A DNA stretch of 64,000 nucleotides, from contig NC_091478.1 of assembly GCF_036971445.1 (NCBI RefSeq), positions 35,030,001 through 35,094,000 on the forward strand, written 5' to 3'. Shown here one piece after another: positions 27,629 through 40,689 of the stretch. Both the position numbers and the translations under genes were made by a program. The notes beneath the pieces were generated by a model. That model saw nothing but the letters and a program-made list of their open reading frames with translations, was not told the DNA's origin and searched no databases. The DNA is from Narcine bancroftii (lineage: Eukaryota). The first letter of the stretch is position 1, and every line of letters starts with the position of its first letter.

Positions 27629-28250
27629 TGCACAAATGCTCTATAGTTAAACTGATTTAGATGTCAATTTGCAAGTTGGAAGGGCTCCAGATCCCCCATC
27701 TTCTGGTGAGAGGAATGGACCTTGGGGTGGTGGGGGGGCAAGGGGAGAGAAAAGGAAGGACACAAGAACCAGTGATCAACTGTGGTTCATAACTTGTGCT
27801 GCTTCCTATTGCTTTTTTAAAGTTTCATAACTTTTTTTGTTTCCCGTAGTAAAAGTAGAAAATAAAATCAGAATGCTGGAAATCTGCAATAGCTTCTGTG
27901 GAGGGGTGAGGGTATGATAATGTTTCAGGCAAAACATTTTTAAATGAAACCTTTATCTTTTTTCATACAAACATGATCTGGCTGGCAGTTTCCCAACACT
28001 ATAATCTGCATAATTTTGAGATTCATACCAATACATTTACACTTTAATGCTGCAGGTTATTGCCTTTACTTTCTGGAGGAAGAGAATTGGCAAGAATGTT
28101 TACTTACTCTTGCCACAGATACCTTCTGACCTGAATATTTCTAGTATTTGCATTTTTTAAATTTCAGCTTTCAAGCATTCTGCATGTGTCTTGCTTTTTT
28201 TTTAAAAAAACTCAGTTGCAACTTCAAGAGGAAAATGAAAGTATTTGTAA

Positions 28251-28335
28251 TCTTCTTTGGCTTGGCTTCGCGGACGAAGATTTATGGAGGGGTAATGTCC
28301 ACGTCAGCTGCAGGCTCGTTTGTGGCTGACAAGTC
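28251..28335 (-). mobile_element. 85-bp RTE 3'-end insertion just upstream of the ANKRD22 exon 2 acceptor
   Basis: TCTTCTTTGGCTTGGCTTCGCGGACGAAGATTTATGGAGGGG...GACAAGTC, matching the RTE 3' terminus. Confidence 0.9.
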
Positions 28336-28401
28336 ATGAAATACATGTGAACAAAACAATAGCACAGTGATGCTAATCTGTTTTTCTGTACTGCTCCACA
28401 G

Positions 28402-28587
28402 CCCATCTGCCAAGCAGCATATCAGAATGATTTTAGAGAGCTGAAGGAACTGCTGCTAGTAAACGATGTGAACCAACAAGATGCACGCTATGGAGACACC
28501 CCACTAATTGCTGCTTGCAGGGCAGGCAGGGTTGAAATTGTGCGATATCTACTGAGAAAAGAAGCTGATGTCAATCTCAGGAACAAG
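28402..28587 (+). CDS. ANKRD22: ANKRD22 coding exon 2 (PICQAAYQND...GDTPLIAACRAG...DVNLRNK), ankyrin repeat
   Basis: Acceptor ctccacAG, 186 nt (62 codons), donor GTGATT. Ankyrin TPL motif; joins exon 1 to give MGILYSEPICQAAYQND. Confidence 0.96.
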
Positions 28588-29216
28588 GTGATTTGTCTGT
28601 ATGTGTCTGGACTTGTAAATGCTTTTGCACATTCTCGCTGCTGTAGGCTCTGTGGAATGTTTCTTGTTAACCCAATAAGATACATATCTTACATAGTTTT
28701 ACCTGCAGATTCCTTTGCTTGGGCTAGTTTGTGTGTGTTGACCTGATTTCAGGTGCACACTTGATGAACTCTTCATTTTAGATTTCCTTAACCATTATGT
28801 AATTTTCAACCTTTTTTTCTCACCTCACATGTTTTTTTTTTGGACGGGGGAAACAATGGGATTCTTCATCAAATCCATCAATTCTTTCATAGTTGTTTCT
28901 CTGGCCTCAGCAGGTTGCTCATTAAGCTATGTGTAGGAGCTCCCACAATCCTGAGATAAACTGCTATAAACATTGTTTACAGCAAAGAAATTTAATAGCA
29001 GCTCCCATACACCTCCCCTACTTGATTAAAGAAAAAAAAAATCACACCATTTGCAACATTTCACTTAAAAGTGTGCATAAGAAGTCATTTTACTCTGTCC
29101 CTTCCTGGTGTGTGCGATCAACTCAAAATTGGTGTCTGTCAAAGATTGGGCCGTAACACTAAGATAACTCCTCCATTTACAATGGCCCCCTGATAGCTCC
29201 AAGCAAAACTAAGTGC

Positions 29217-29827
29217 AGTTCAAGTACCCCTTATCCGAAATACTTGGGACCAGAAATTTCTATTGGATTTTGTTTTTTTTATGGAGTTTGGAACAATTGA
29301 ACTAAGCAGGACAATAGCAACAGCAGAATAAACAACAACGATTAAACCACAACAGCAGGCTTTTTAAGTGCCAACTTGAAGCAACAAGTGGAAAATTCAC
29401 GTGAGATAATGTTTAGTACGGCTAAAAAAAGCCTTGCTCTCTGCTTACAAAAGAAGACCACCTCCCTACTGCTGCCGCCGGTCCCCGACCACCTCTGGTC
29501 CCCAACCACCTCCCCCACCGCAAGTCTGAGGTGACCTCCAATTTGGATGGCACCACACCAGATGCTGAGAATGGAGTTGCCTTCACCGACTCTGGCAGCA
29601 GCAGATGCTGAAGGATTTGGACCCGATTCCGTTTTGCATCTTTCTGGCCAGGAGGAAAGATTTCATTTAAAAAAAAACTATTATTGTAATCAAACTGGTG
29701 CCAACAGAGCGTCAGAGCCCCACATAGGCAAGTCAGGTGTTGAGTTCTTTTTCCACTTGGCGCTAAACAAAAAAATGTCAGTTTTTGGATCTTCTCTGTT
29801 TTCTTTAGATAAGGGGTACTTGGTCTG
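29217..29827. mobile_element. Tc1/mariner (Tigger4/Zombi-like) non-autonomous element
   Basis: TIRs CAAGTACCCCTTATCCGAAA / TTTAGATAAGGGGTACTTG, followed by TA on the right. Confidence 0.7.
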
Positions 29828-32800
29828 TACATGCAGGTTAATTGGATGTAAATTGGGCCGCATGGACACGTGGGCTGAAATGGGTTGTTATATGCTAAAG
29901 GTCTAAATTTTTTTTTAAACTACTTGGGCCAAGGAAAGGATTAGTTGGGAAGCTTAGGCTTTGCTAACATCGAGCATATTCTTTGCACTCCTTTTGTCTT
30001 TGTGGCCACTCTTTCAAATCCCTTAAGCCTATTTTAAAATATTTTTTTCCAAATGTGGCCTGCAAAATTTGGCTCTGCTTTTGTTTATGGGTGAATAATA
30101 GGCATCTGATGGATGGGTGCACAATTGTGATAGGAACCATGGCAGTGATTCCGGGGATGTGGGTAGATTACACCCACCAGAAGAATGGGGAGTAGACCAA
30201 GAGTGAAATTGGTCTGATATGAAACTCCTTTGTCACCAGTGCTGGCAAACTTCAATCCAGTTCTCCCAGCAGGTCCTTGATCTCTCTACTGAACAATCAC
30301 TTGCTGATTTAATTTCTGCAGACTTCTGTTACAATTTTGGGAACACTTTCTAAGATAATTTTTAAAGTTGTTGATGTCCACAGGGAGTGTTCTGGCAGCT
30401 GCTGAGGCACTTTGGCCCAATTTCAACACTTCTACACAGAGCAGATTCTCTCCAGCATGAATGGATATTCCTCTGGGGGTGTTTTGTTGAAATGAGGAAA
30501 GGGAGTACATGATGGAGGAGTAAGCAAGCTCCCAGCAGGGGTCTAGATATTAACCAAGTGCTGGGGTCAATTGTTCAGATAGGGGAAGAGCAATATTCAT
30601 GCTTCAATAAGAAATTCTTTGCTGAATTCTCACCAGTGCATGCATGTGTATAGGTTTATGAGAGGGCGTAGACAGTGGCAGCCAGCATCTCTCTTTTCCC
30701 CCCCAGGGAAGGAAAGTTTAGGGGAGATCTAGAAGAAAGTTTTCCTCCCGCCCACGCCCAGGCCCACGCCCACACAGAGTGGTGGGTGCCAGGAATGCAT
30801 TACCAGGAGTAGTGGTGGAGGCTGGTACAATAGGGAGATTTGAAAGACTTGAAGGTGGGCACATGAATTGTAAGCAAAATAGAGGCTTGTGAGGTGGGGA
30901 AGAGGTAGATGAATGGTGAAGTAGTTAGTGTGCAGGTCGGCACAACATTGACTGTACAGTTCTATGTTTTAACAAGGATCATATTGCCCATAGTTATTAG
31001 GTGCCCATGAACCTTGGTGGTTATGGCTGCTTGCAATCTGAAGCCATTTTCATTGCCATTTCCTGCTCACTGCTCGACCTGCCTTTCCTTGGCAAGGGAG
31101 AATGAAGTCGGGTCTGAATAGGGAGCAAGCAGAGGGGTGGCTCAGTGTCCCTGCCTCCTGATGAGCCCACTCGGGACTAGGCAGAGAGCACTGAGGCAGG
31201 TGTGGAGAGCGAGAGGAGCGGTTTTGACGGTGGTGGGCAGTGTGAGCAAGGAGCGAGGGGACCCAGATTGGAGCCAGGTCAGTTACAGGATTATGAGTGG
31301 AGCATTGGTCATGCCAGATTCCCATCAAGATCCCACTGTTGTGTTGGAATTACATTTTAAATTTTGTTTGCTTGTAATATCAGTGCTAAAGTTGATTAAA
31401 CATGCTGGTGTTTTCTGTGAATATTTTTTTCGTATGGATTCACAAAAGGACTGGGGCATAGTGACTTTTATTGGCAAGCTGTGTGTATGGCATGCAAAAC
31501 TAAGTTTTCCACTGTAACTCTGCACCTGTGTCAATAAACATTTTAATCTGGGTGACATCAAAAGGGGCCTTTTGAATGTATCCACACCATTTTCAGTTGC
31601 TCGATGTCAATTCTGCTGTGCATCAAAACCAAAGGGCTTTCCCTACCTCCATAGTACTGTCTGTGTGTGGCCACTGGTAGCATGTGCTTTAGATCATGGA
31701 GAGGAGGTAGATATGTACCTGGCCTTTCAGACCTGTTCCACCCTTTGTGTTCCCGACTGACCGTTTACCTCAGTACCATTTCTCTGCAAAATCCCCTTAT
31801 TACTTGGAGGGTGGAGTGCTGCTTTGCAACATCCTGCAGGCTCTTGAACACTGGCACCTAAAGCAAAAAGACTGAGTTTCATTGGAGCACTTGAATGCAA
31901 TGGAAGTTGCGCTGGCCATCGGACTCAGCATAATTGTGTCTGAATCGATTTGAAAGGCCTACCACTTATTGAAAAGGAATGCTTATGGAATTTTTGCAAT
32001 ATCTTGTGTCAACTTGAGGTTCTTGTTTTATGTTACACAGGACTTTGAGCAAGCATGTAAATTCCCTGTTGCTCATATCCAAGTGCCTCTCCTTTGACTA
32101 CCTTACTTCAGAGGAGAGTAAAGTTGGGTGTGGTTTTTTAAAACCTTAACAGCACTGCTGTACCCTTTACCCAGGTGTCTATTAAAATGAAGATTCTGCC
32201 TCCAACCTAACTTCACTATGATGTAAGGTGTCAGTATCTGAGCTGTTAGCTTTGAACATCAAATCAAATGACATTTTGCCTTCCTCTTAATTATCTTGAC
32301 ATATAACCCCAGCCTGACCTGATGGTAGAACTTACTTGATTTAAAGGAGGGAGGGAGAGCGGGAGAGAAAGCCATGCAAAAACAAGGTTGCAATGAGTGC
32401 GGTGCTGGTGATGAGGTGGCATTGGAGAAGTGTGCTTCTGGCAGCTTGAAGGCCTGAGAGGTTGTGCGATGTAAGGAAGAGATCTGCGTGCCTAGCACCT
32501 GCAATCACGTCAACCCCTCAGTTGGCTTCGACGCTGTTTTGTCTGGTAGGTCTCACTGCTACAGTAGATTGGCTGGTCGTTGAACAATGACACGCAGAAT
32601 TTGTGCATTTGGTGGGAGATGGGATTTGACAATGCATTGATCATGTGCATGAGATTATTGAATGTCCTGTAATGCTATTTTTATGTCCTTGATCACACTC
32701 CATGTATTTAGCTATCACAGCTGTCTCACTGCAATGAACAGAAAACAAAAGTAGGTATCCTGTTCACATCAGAAACAATGGATGCAGTTAACTGTGATAT

Positions 32801-33364
32801 TGAGTTTATCATATGCATTATACAATGTACACGTACACCAAAATCCAAACTGGTACTTGATACGTGTGCGTAAAACCTACAAAAATAGATTTAAAAAAAA
32901 CTAGAACGCAATGCATAATTTAATTAAAAAGGGATAATAAATATGAACAATTGATTATTAATATTTGCTGTTCTCCAAGTGCAAAACAAAGTGCCTTGAT
33001 TCCCAAAGCCTATTTTCAGGGGTCAGTAGGGGTTTGTGTTAATTTGTCCCTTGATTTCCTCATCCCACTCCTGAGTTCTTTCTGAACAGGAATCTCTTCC
33101 TGCACTCTGCAGAATACTTTGCATTACAATGACCAACTTGGTCCTAGTGTGTGGGGGGAGTGGGGGGGGAAATGTTTAGCACAGCTCAGGCCTGTGTATC
33201 AATAAGACTTCCACATCAACCCTCTGACCCTACTACTCTGCAATTTTCCATAATTACATGAAATTCGATGCTAATTGTGGAAAGCTGCCTGCAGTGTTAG
33301 AAAATCAAATAAAATGATATGCATGTATATTTTTTACTAAGTTTTTGTTTCCTCACTGACTTGA

Positions 33365-33529
<165 letters not shown>

Positions 33530-33610
33530 TAGTGTTGTCTCTATTTAAGTTGCAGCGTATCTACCTTCCAACTTCCAGTGCATTAATTTGCTGTGGTGGT
33601 GCATGTAGCA

Positions 33611-34402
33611 TAGGGGTTCTCAACCATTTTCTTTCCACTCACATTCCACTTTACGTATTCCCTACTGCCATAGGTGCTCGGTGATTAGTAAGGGATTGCT
33701 TAAAGTGTATGTGAGTGGAATGAAAAAGTTTGAAAACCTGTTTTAATCGTACCTCATTGACTCGTTATGTGCACGGATTCATAACGCCAAAGGAAATGGG
33801 CCAATGACAATTTTTCTCAAGCAAAATATTTCAGTAACCATTGGGCCTCGAGCAGTGAATCTCAGCCTTCCCTTCCCACTCATATCTTCTTCTTTGGCTT
33901 GGCTTCGCAGATGAAGATTTATGGAGGGGTATGTCCACGTCTGCTGCAGGCTCGTTGGTGACTGACAAGTCTGATGCGGGGCAGGCAGGCACGGTTGCAA
34001 GGGAAAATTGGTTGGTTGGGTGTTGGGTTTTTCCTCCTTTGTCTTTTGTCAGTGAGGTGGGCTCTGCGGTCTTCTTCAAAGGAGGTTGGTGCCCGCCGAA
34101 CTGTGAGGCACCAAGATGCACGGTTGGAGGCGAGATCAGCTCACTGGCGGTGGTCAATGTGGGAGGCACCAAGAGATTTCTTTAAGCAGTCCTTGTACCT
34201 CTTCTTTGGTGCACCTCTGTCTCAGTGGCCAGTGGAGAGCTCGCCATAGAACACGATCTTAGGAAGGCGATGGTCCTCCATTCTGGAGACGTGACCCACC
34301 CAGCGCAGTTGGGTCTTCAGCAGGATAATTACAGAGCACCGATGACATAGGGATCACTGAAAAGTGGTATGTGAGTGGAAAGATAAAGGATGAAAACCAC
34401 TG
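33611..34402. mobile_element. Same hAT composite MITE, interrupted by an RTE fragment
   Basis: TIRs present; 8-bp TSD ATGTAGCA/ATGTATCA. Confidence 0.85.
33885..34323 (-). mobile_element. RTE LINE 3' fragment inserted inside a hAT MITE
   Basis: Same RTE 3' sequence; interrupts the MITE right-hand unit. Confidence 0.9.
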
Positions 34403-34609
34403 ATGTATCAGGCACTATGCAGCAAGGCACATATATGAATGCTTTTCACTTGAGGTTTTTTTTTTCTTGCATAAACTACTTTGCAAGGTCTTTGTTATAA
34501 TGTATATATAAAAAAAAAATCTGCAATATGACTATTCGGAAATCCTGATGTTCAGGCATTTGACTCACCTCTCGTGTGGTATTACCATAAAACACAAACC
34601 TTTCACTTT

Positions 34610-37600
34610 TTTTTTCTCTTCCTTTTTTTTCAATTTTTTATTTTTCACACCATAAATCACATTAACCATGATACACACTTTTTCCTTTTCACACATATAC
34701 AGTGTCATTTTCTCCCCCCCCCCTCCCTCCTCCCATCCCACCCTCCCTACCTCCCCCCTCCCGTCCATTTAAGGTACAAAATCTAGGATACATTAAACCA
34801 GTCAAACAATGTTGTCATTCAATAAAAATACACAAGAAATTCCACTGAGTCCATTCTTTTAATTTCCTTTTCCTTCCGTTAACTTAGGTAGTGATTGTCC
34901 CCGGTAGATTTTCGCTATTGTGTTTCATGTAGGGCTCCCATATTTGTTCGAATATTTCAATATTATTTCTTAAACTATATGTTATTTTTTCTAATGGAAT
35001 TCTTTGGCTTGGCTTCGCGGACGAAGATTTATGGAGGGGGTAAAAAGTCCACGTCAGCTGCAGGCTCGTTTGTGGCTGACAAGTCCGATGCGGGACAGGC
35101 AGACACGATTGCAGCGGTTGCAGGGGAAAATTGGTTGGTTGGGGTTGGGTGTTGGGTTTTTCCTCCTTTGCCTTTTGTCAGTGAGGTGGGCTCTGCGGTC
35201 TTCTTCAAAGGAGGTTGCTGCCCGCCAAACTGTGAGGCGCCAAGATGCACGGTTTGAGGTGTTATCAGCCCACTGGCGGTGGTCAATGTGGCAGGCACCA
35301 AGAGATTTCTTTAGGCAGTCCTTGTACCTTTTCTTTGGTGCACCTCTGTCACGGTGGCCAGTGGAGAGCTCGCCATATAACACGATCTTGGGAAGGCGAT
35401 GGTCCTCCATTCTGGAGACGTGACCCATCCAGCGCAGCTGGATCTTCAGCAGCGTGGACTCGATGCTGTCGACATCTGCCATCTCGAGTACTTCGACGTT
35501 AGGGATGTAAGCGCTCCAATGGATGTTGAGGATGGAGCGGAGACAACGCTGGTGGAAGCGTTCTAGGAGCCGTAGGTGGTGCCGGTAGAGGACCCATGAT
35601 TCGGAGCCGAACAGGAGTGTGGGTATGACAACGGCTCTGTATACGCTTATCTTTGTGAGGTTTTTCAGTTGGTTGTTTTTCCAGACTCTTTTGTGTAGTC
35701 TTCCAAAGGCGCTATTTGCCTTGGCGAGTCTGTTGTCTATCTCATTGTCGATCCTTGCATCTGATGAAATGGTGCAGCCGAGATAGGTAAACTGGTTGAC
35801 CGTTTTGAGTTTTGTGTGCCTGATGGAGATGTGGGGGGGCTGGTAGTCATGGTGGGGAGCTGGCTGATGGAGGACCTCAGTTTTCTTCAGGCTGACTTCC
35901 AGGCCAAACATTTTGGCAAAGCAGGACGTCAAGCGCTGAAGAGCTGGCTCTGAATGGGCAACTAAAGCGGCATCGTCTGCAAAGAGTAGTTCACGGACAA
36001 GTTTCTCTTGTGTCTTGGTGTGAGCTTGCAGGCGCCTCAGATTGAAGAGACTGCCATCCGTGCGGTACCAGATGTAAACAGCGTCTTCATTGTTGGGGTC
36101 TTTCATGGCTTGGTTCAGCATCATGCTGAAGAAGATTGAAAAGAGGGTTGGTGCGAGAACACAGCCTTGCTTCACGCCATTGTTAATGGAGAATGGTTGA
36201 GAGAGCTCATTGCTGTATCTGACCCGACCTTGTTGGTTTTCGTGCAGTTGGATAATCATGTTGAGGAACTTTGGGGGACATCCGATGCGCTCTAGTATTT
36301 GCCAAAGCCCTTTCCTGCTCACGGTGTCGAAGGCTTTGGTGAGGTCAACAAAGGTGATGTAGAGTCCTTTGTTTTGTTCTCTGCACTTTTCTTGGAGCTG
36401 TCTGAGGGCAAAGACCATGTCAGTGGTTCCTCTGTTTGCGCGAAAGCAAACCCCAGAAAGAGGTTCAATGTTGGAAACCTGCAGTCAGACGAAGCGAGAG
36501 GAAACTTCCAGGCAAACCTCAAAGCAAAGCTCGACGATGCAACCCGCCTCACGGACCCGTCCCCTGAAACCCTCTGGGATCAGTTGAAGACTACCATACT
36601 GCAATCCACTGAAGAGGTACTGGGCTTCTCCTCCAGGAAAAACAAGGACTGGTTTGACGGAAACAGCCAGGAAATCCAGGAGCTGCTGGCAAAGAAGCGA
36701 GCTGCCCACCAGGCTCACCTTACAAAGCCGTCCTGTCCAGAGAAGAAACAAGCCTTCCGTCGCGCATGCAGCCATCTTCAGCACAAACTCCGGGAGATCC
36801 AAAATGAGTGGTGGACTAGCCTCGCCAAACGAACCCAGCTCAGTGCGGACAATGGCGACTTCAGGGGTTTCTACAAGGCTCTAAAGGCTGTGTACGGCCC
36901 CTCACCCCAAGTCCAAAGCCCGCTGCGCAGCTCAGACAGCAAAGTCCTCCTCAGCGACAAGATCTCCATCCTCAACCGATGGTCAGAACACTTCCAATCT
37001 CATTTCAGTGCCAACCGCTCAGTCCAAGATTCCGCCCTGCTCCAGCTCCCTCAACAGCCCCTAAGGCTAGAGCTGGATGAGGTTCCCACCCTGGATGAGA
37101 CATATAAGGCAATCGAACAACTGAAAAGTGGCAAAGCAGCAGGTATGGATGGACTCCCCCCAGAAGTCTGGAAGGCTGGCGGCAAAACTCTGCATGCCAA
37201 ACTGCATGAGTTTTTCATGCTTTGTTGGGACCAAGGTAAACTGCCTCAGGATCTTCGTGATGCCACCATCATCACCCTGTACAAAAACAAAGGCGAGAAA
37301 TCAGACTGCTCAAACTACAGGGGAATCACGTTGCTCTCCATTGCAGGCAAAATCTTCGCTAGGATTCTACTAAATAGAATAATACCTAGTGTCGCCGAGA
37401 ATATTCTCCCAGAATCACAGTGCGGCTAATGGAATACATTTATTCATTTCTATATACCATTGTTGTATTTTCAAATTATCTTCCAATTTCCAGGTTGACA
37501 TAATACATTTTTTTGCTACGGCTAGAGCTATCTTAACAAATCTTTTTTGTGCATCCTCCAAATCAATTCCAAATTCTTTGTTTTTTATGTTACTTAGGAG

Positions 37601-38218
37601 GAAGATCTCTGGATTCTTTGGTATATTGTTTTCTGTTATTTTATTTAATATCTGATTTAGATCTTCCCAAAATTTTTCTACTTTCTCACATGTCCAGATT
37701 GCATGAATTGTTGTTCCCATTTCTTTTTTACATCGAAAACATCTATCAGATACTATTGGGTCCCATTTATTTAACTTTTGAGGTGTAATGTATAGCCTGT
37801 GTATCCAGTTATATTGTATCATACGTAACCTCGTATTTATTGTATTTCTCATCGTTCCAGAGCATAACTTCTCCCATGTTTCCTTTTTTATCTTTATATT
37901 TAAATCTTGTTCCCATTTTTGTTTAGTTTTACCATTTGTTTCCTCATTCTCCTTTTCTTGGAGTTTAATATACATATTTGTTATAAATCTTTTGATTATC
38001 ATTGTATCTGTAATCACATATTCAAAGTTACTTCCCTCTGGCAAACTCAAACTGCTTCCTAATTTATCCTTCAAGTAGGATCTCAATTGGTAATATGCCA
38101 GTGCTGTATCTTGAGTTATGTTGTATTTATCTTTCATTTGTTCAAAGGATAATAATCTATTTCCTGAAAAACAATTTTCTATTCTTTTAATCCCTTTTTT
38201 CTCCCATTCTCTAAAGGA
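34610..38218 (-). mobile_element. Young 5'-truncated L1/Tx1-clade LINE (ORF2 C-terminal CCHC region + 3'UTR + A-rich tail), interrupted by the RTE
   Basis: ORF with C..C........H....C knuckle continues in frame (..KCIPL|EKITYSL..) across the insertion to TAA at 34884. 16-bp TSD ACAAACCTTTCACTTT at 34594-34609 and 38219-38234. Confidence 0.93.
35001..37425 (-). mobile_element. Young RTE-clade LINE, 5'-truncated and 5'-inverted
   Basis: Minus ORF 35054-36418 with RT motifs (FVDLTKAFD, GVKQGCVLAP, LFADD); upstream part on + (about 36448-37425, NYRGITLLS..ESQCG). 10-bp TSD CTAATGGAAT at 34991-35000 and 37426-37435. Confidence 0.95.
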
Positions 38219-39956
38219 ACAAACCTTTCACTTTGAAGCAATTGTCAATATTCTGAATTTTGGCAGTGGGAGAAAGATCATTCTATATATATATATCTTG
38301 ACAATGGCAGCTGTACAAAATGTTGATTGGAACTGGGAGAGTTGGAAGAAATAATGTAAATATTCTAAATATAATGAAAAGAGAAATGGTCCAAATGGGA
38401 TCCAATAAACAGTAGGTGGAAGGAGAATTCTGCCTAATGGCACCTTTGTTCACACACTCAGCACCTGGCATTTTAATTTTTAAATTAATTTTAAAATATT
38501 AAAAATGTGCAGCATGGTAGAAGCCAATTCCAGCCATTTAAATCTGAGCCACCCAATTACACCTAATTTAATCTATAACCCCATGTGTTTTGGAGGGTGA
38601 GAGGAAACCAGAGCACCTGGGACAGACCCTCGCGGAGGCTGGGAGAACATACAAGCTCCTTGCACACAGCGTCAGATTCGAACCTGGGTTGCTGGCACTG
38701 TAATAATGTCACGCTATCCGCCACTCTAACCTCATTATTGCTACCTCCCTTAAACTGAGTGAGATCTTGACTGCTCTAATGAGATGGACATTTCTTAAAT
38801 TATATCAACCAAAAATAAAATGATATTGGATCTGGTATCTGTCCCACCCAGCTGTGTTGATGGGTTCCACCTGCAGCTGTTGCCTTGTTGATAGAATCAC
38901 CAAGAGGCAATGGCAGATTAACCACCACCCGAGACCCTAGGCTGAATTTTAGTAAGGCCCGCACCTCCAGGATCAGCGTCATGGTGGGGGTATTCGTGAC
39001 CATGCCTCTACTCACCAACTTCTAATCCTCTTGCTCTCTCACACGCACTTGGAGTTGTGCGTGCCACAGCTTGTTGTTTGGTTTAGTGGAATTTTTCTAT
39101 GCTCTGTAAACTTGAGGACAAATATGTGTTGTGGTGGTAAATGTAATTTTGGAAGAAAATAGGGCGGGTGGCGTGGGGAGGGGTAATGACTTATAATCAG
39201 TTGTAGTTCCAATGCTTGTGTTTTAAATGGAAGATTCGGCTATTTAAATTGAAGCTTATGCCCACTCACATCTTAAGATGATTTTGTGTGGGTGTGCGTC
39301 ATGTCAGTTTCAATCTTTAAAGCTGTCCTATGCGTTATCGCCCTTTTTGGGTTAGTCTTTTCGCTGTTCATGTTGGAGATGTCATTATTCTCCATGGACG
39401 CTCTCTGAGCCACGAGGCCCCTCCAGCTTTTCCCAGGCAGCGGACTGACTGAGCTCCCCCTCCCTTCCTGCCCATGACAAGCCGAGAACCTCTGACCCCG
39501 GACGGCACGAGCCTTGACTGAGCGACTAGAGGAGAAGTTCAACTTCACTAATATGTACTTAGTACTATATAACATCCATAAATAAAAAATATCACGAAGA
39601 CAAGTTCGATGAATCGATGATAACAGATCTTGTATTCCACATTATTATCCATCATAATTTGGTCACATCGTGCTCTTTCTTTGCTGCACAGATTATTTCG
39701 ATTAAGTTGTTGAGGTGTTCACTTCGTTTATGGAAAAACAAGTGACTTGTTGGGACAGGAGAGGGGTCAGGTGGATGCTGGAATATAACAAGGAAGAGTT
39801 TAGGAGTCTGGCCCCCTCGAGTCCCAACGAGCACGACCCGGGCTGGCAGCAGGCACTGAACTAGCCTTGTAACCTATCCCAGAAGTGGCACTGGTAGTTT
39901 GATGCCTCAGTTGCTGGCCCGGCGTCATGTCATGCTCGTCGGGACTCTTTCCCCAC

Positions 39957-40285
39957 CTCCTCCACCTTCCCGAGCACCAAACTATTAGATTTTTAACATC
40001 TCTCTGAGTGAATTGGATGTTGAAAATCTAATAGTTTGGTGGTGGGAGGAACTGAGGAAGGTGGAGGATTGGGGAGTGTGTGCTGGTCTGCCACTGTGAC
40101 CTCAGTGAGGTGACCTCTCAGTCAATCACAGCGGTGCCCACCAGAGTGCCGCTAAATACTTAAGTGTCTGCCTCCGAATGCTCTCGAGGGGCAAGTTGAG
40201 CTGCTTTTCAACCTGTGGCCCCCTCCCCAATCATCCTCGATTCCTCCACCTTCCCACCAAACTATTAGATTTTTAACATCCAATT
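39957..40285. repeat. Three alternately oriented copies of a short motif, forming a hairpin
   Basis: CACCAAACTATTAGATTTTTAACATC at 39975-40000, inverted at 40016-40041, direct again at about 40255-40280. Confidence 0.85.
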
Positions 40286-40689
40286 CGATTGGAGTCTGGT
40301 CATCCATTCGCAATCATCTCACACACTGGACACATCACCCATCGAAATGCCGCAAAAAAAATGCAAATCTTCATCATGATCCTGCCAGCAGCTCCCATGA
40401 GCCACTGCGCGCACCTCACCCCGGCAATGGCGCAGCGCGGACTCTGGCCACGGCCACATTTCCGCCGGCTTCTTCTGCGCAGGTGGCGATGCATTAAGTA
40501 GAGACCAGGCAGCAGGTGTCTACCCTTAAATGAACAGCTGAAGCCTAGGGGCTTACCCTTACCCTTCAGGCCCCAAGGCTTCAGCACCTACTCAGCCTAA
40601 TGGTTTATCTGCCACTGCTAAGAGCCACAGCTGTTGGCACCTGCAGTGTGCTCAATATCAGGCAGAATGAACATTCTGGAAAACTGCAC

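Noticed and set aside
31030-31560. Possible fourth solo LTR (AATAAA then ...GGTGACA)
   Set aside because: No matching 5' TG terminus or TSD identified.
36299-37429. 376-aa + strand ORF as an independent gene or second element
   Set aside because: Chimera of antisense RTE sequence and the inverted 5' part of the same RTE; one TSD pair brackets both.
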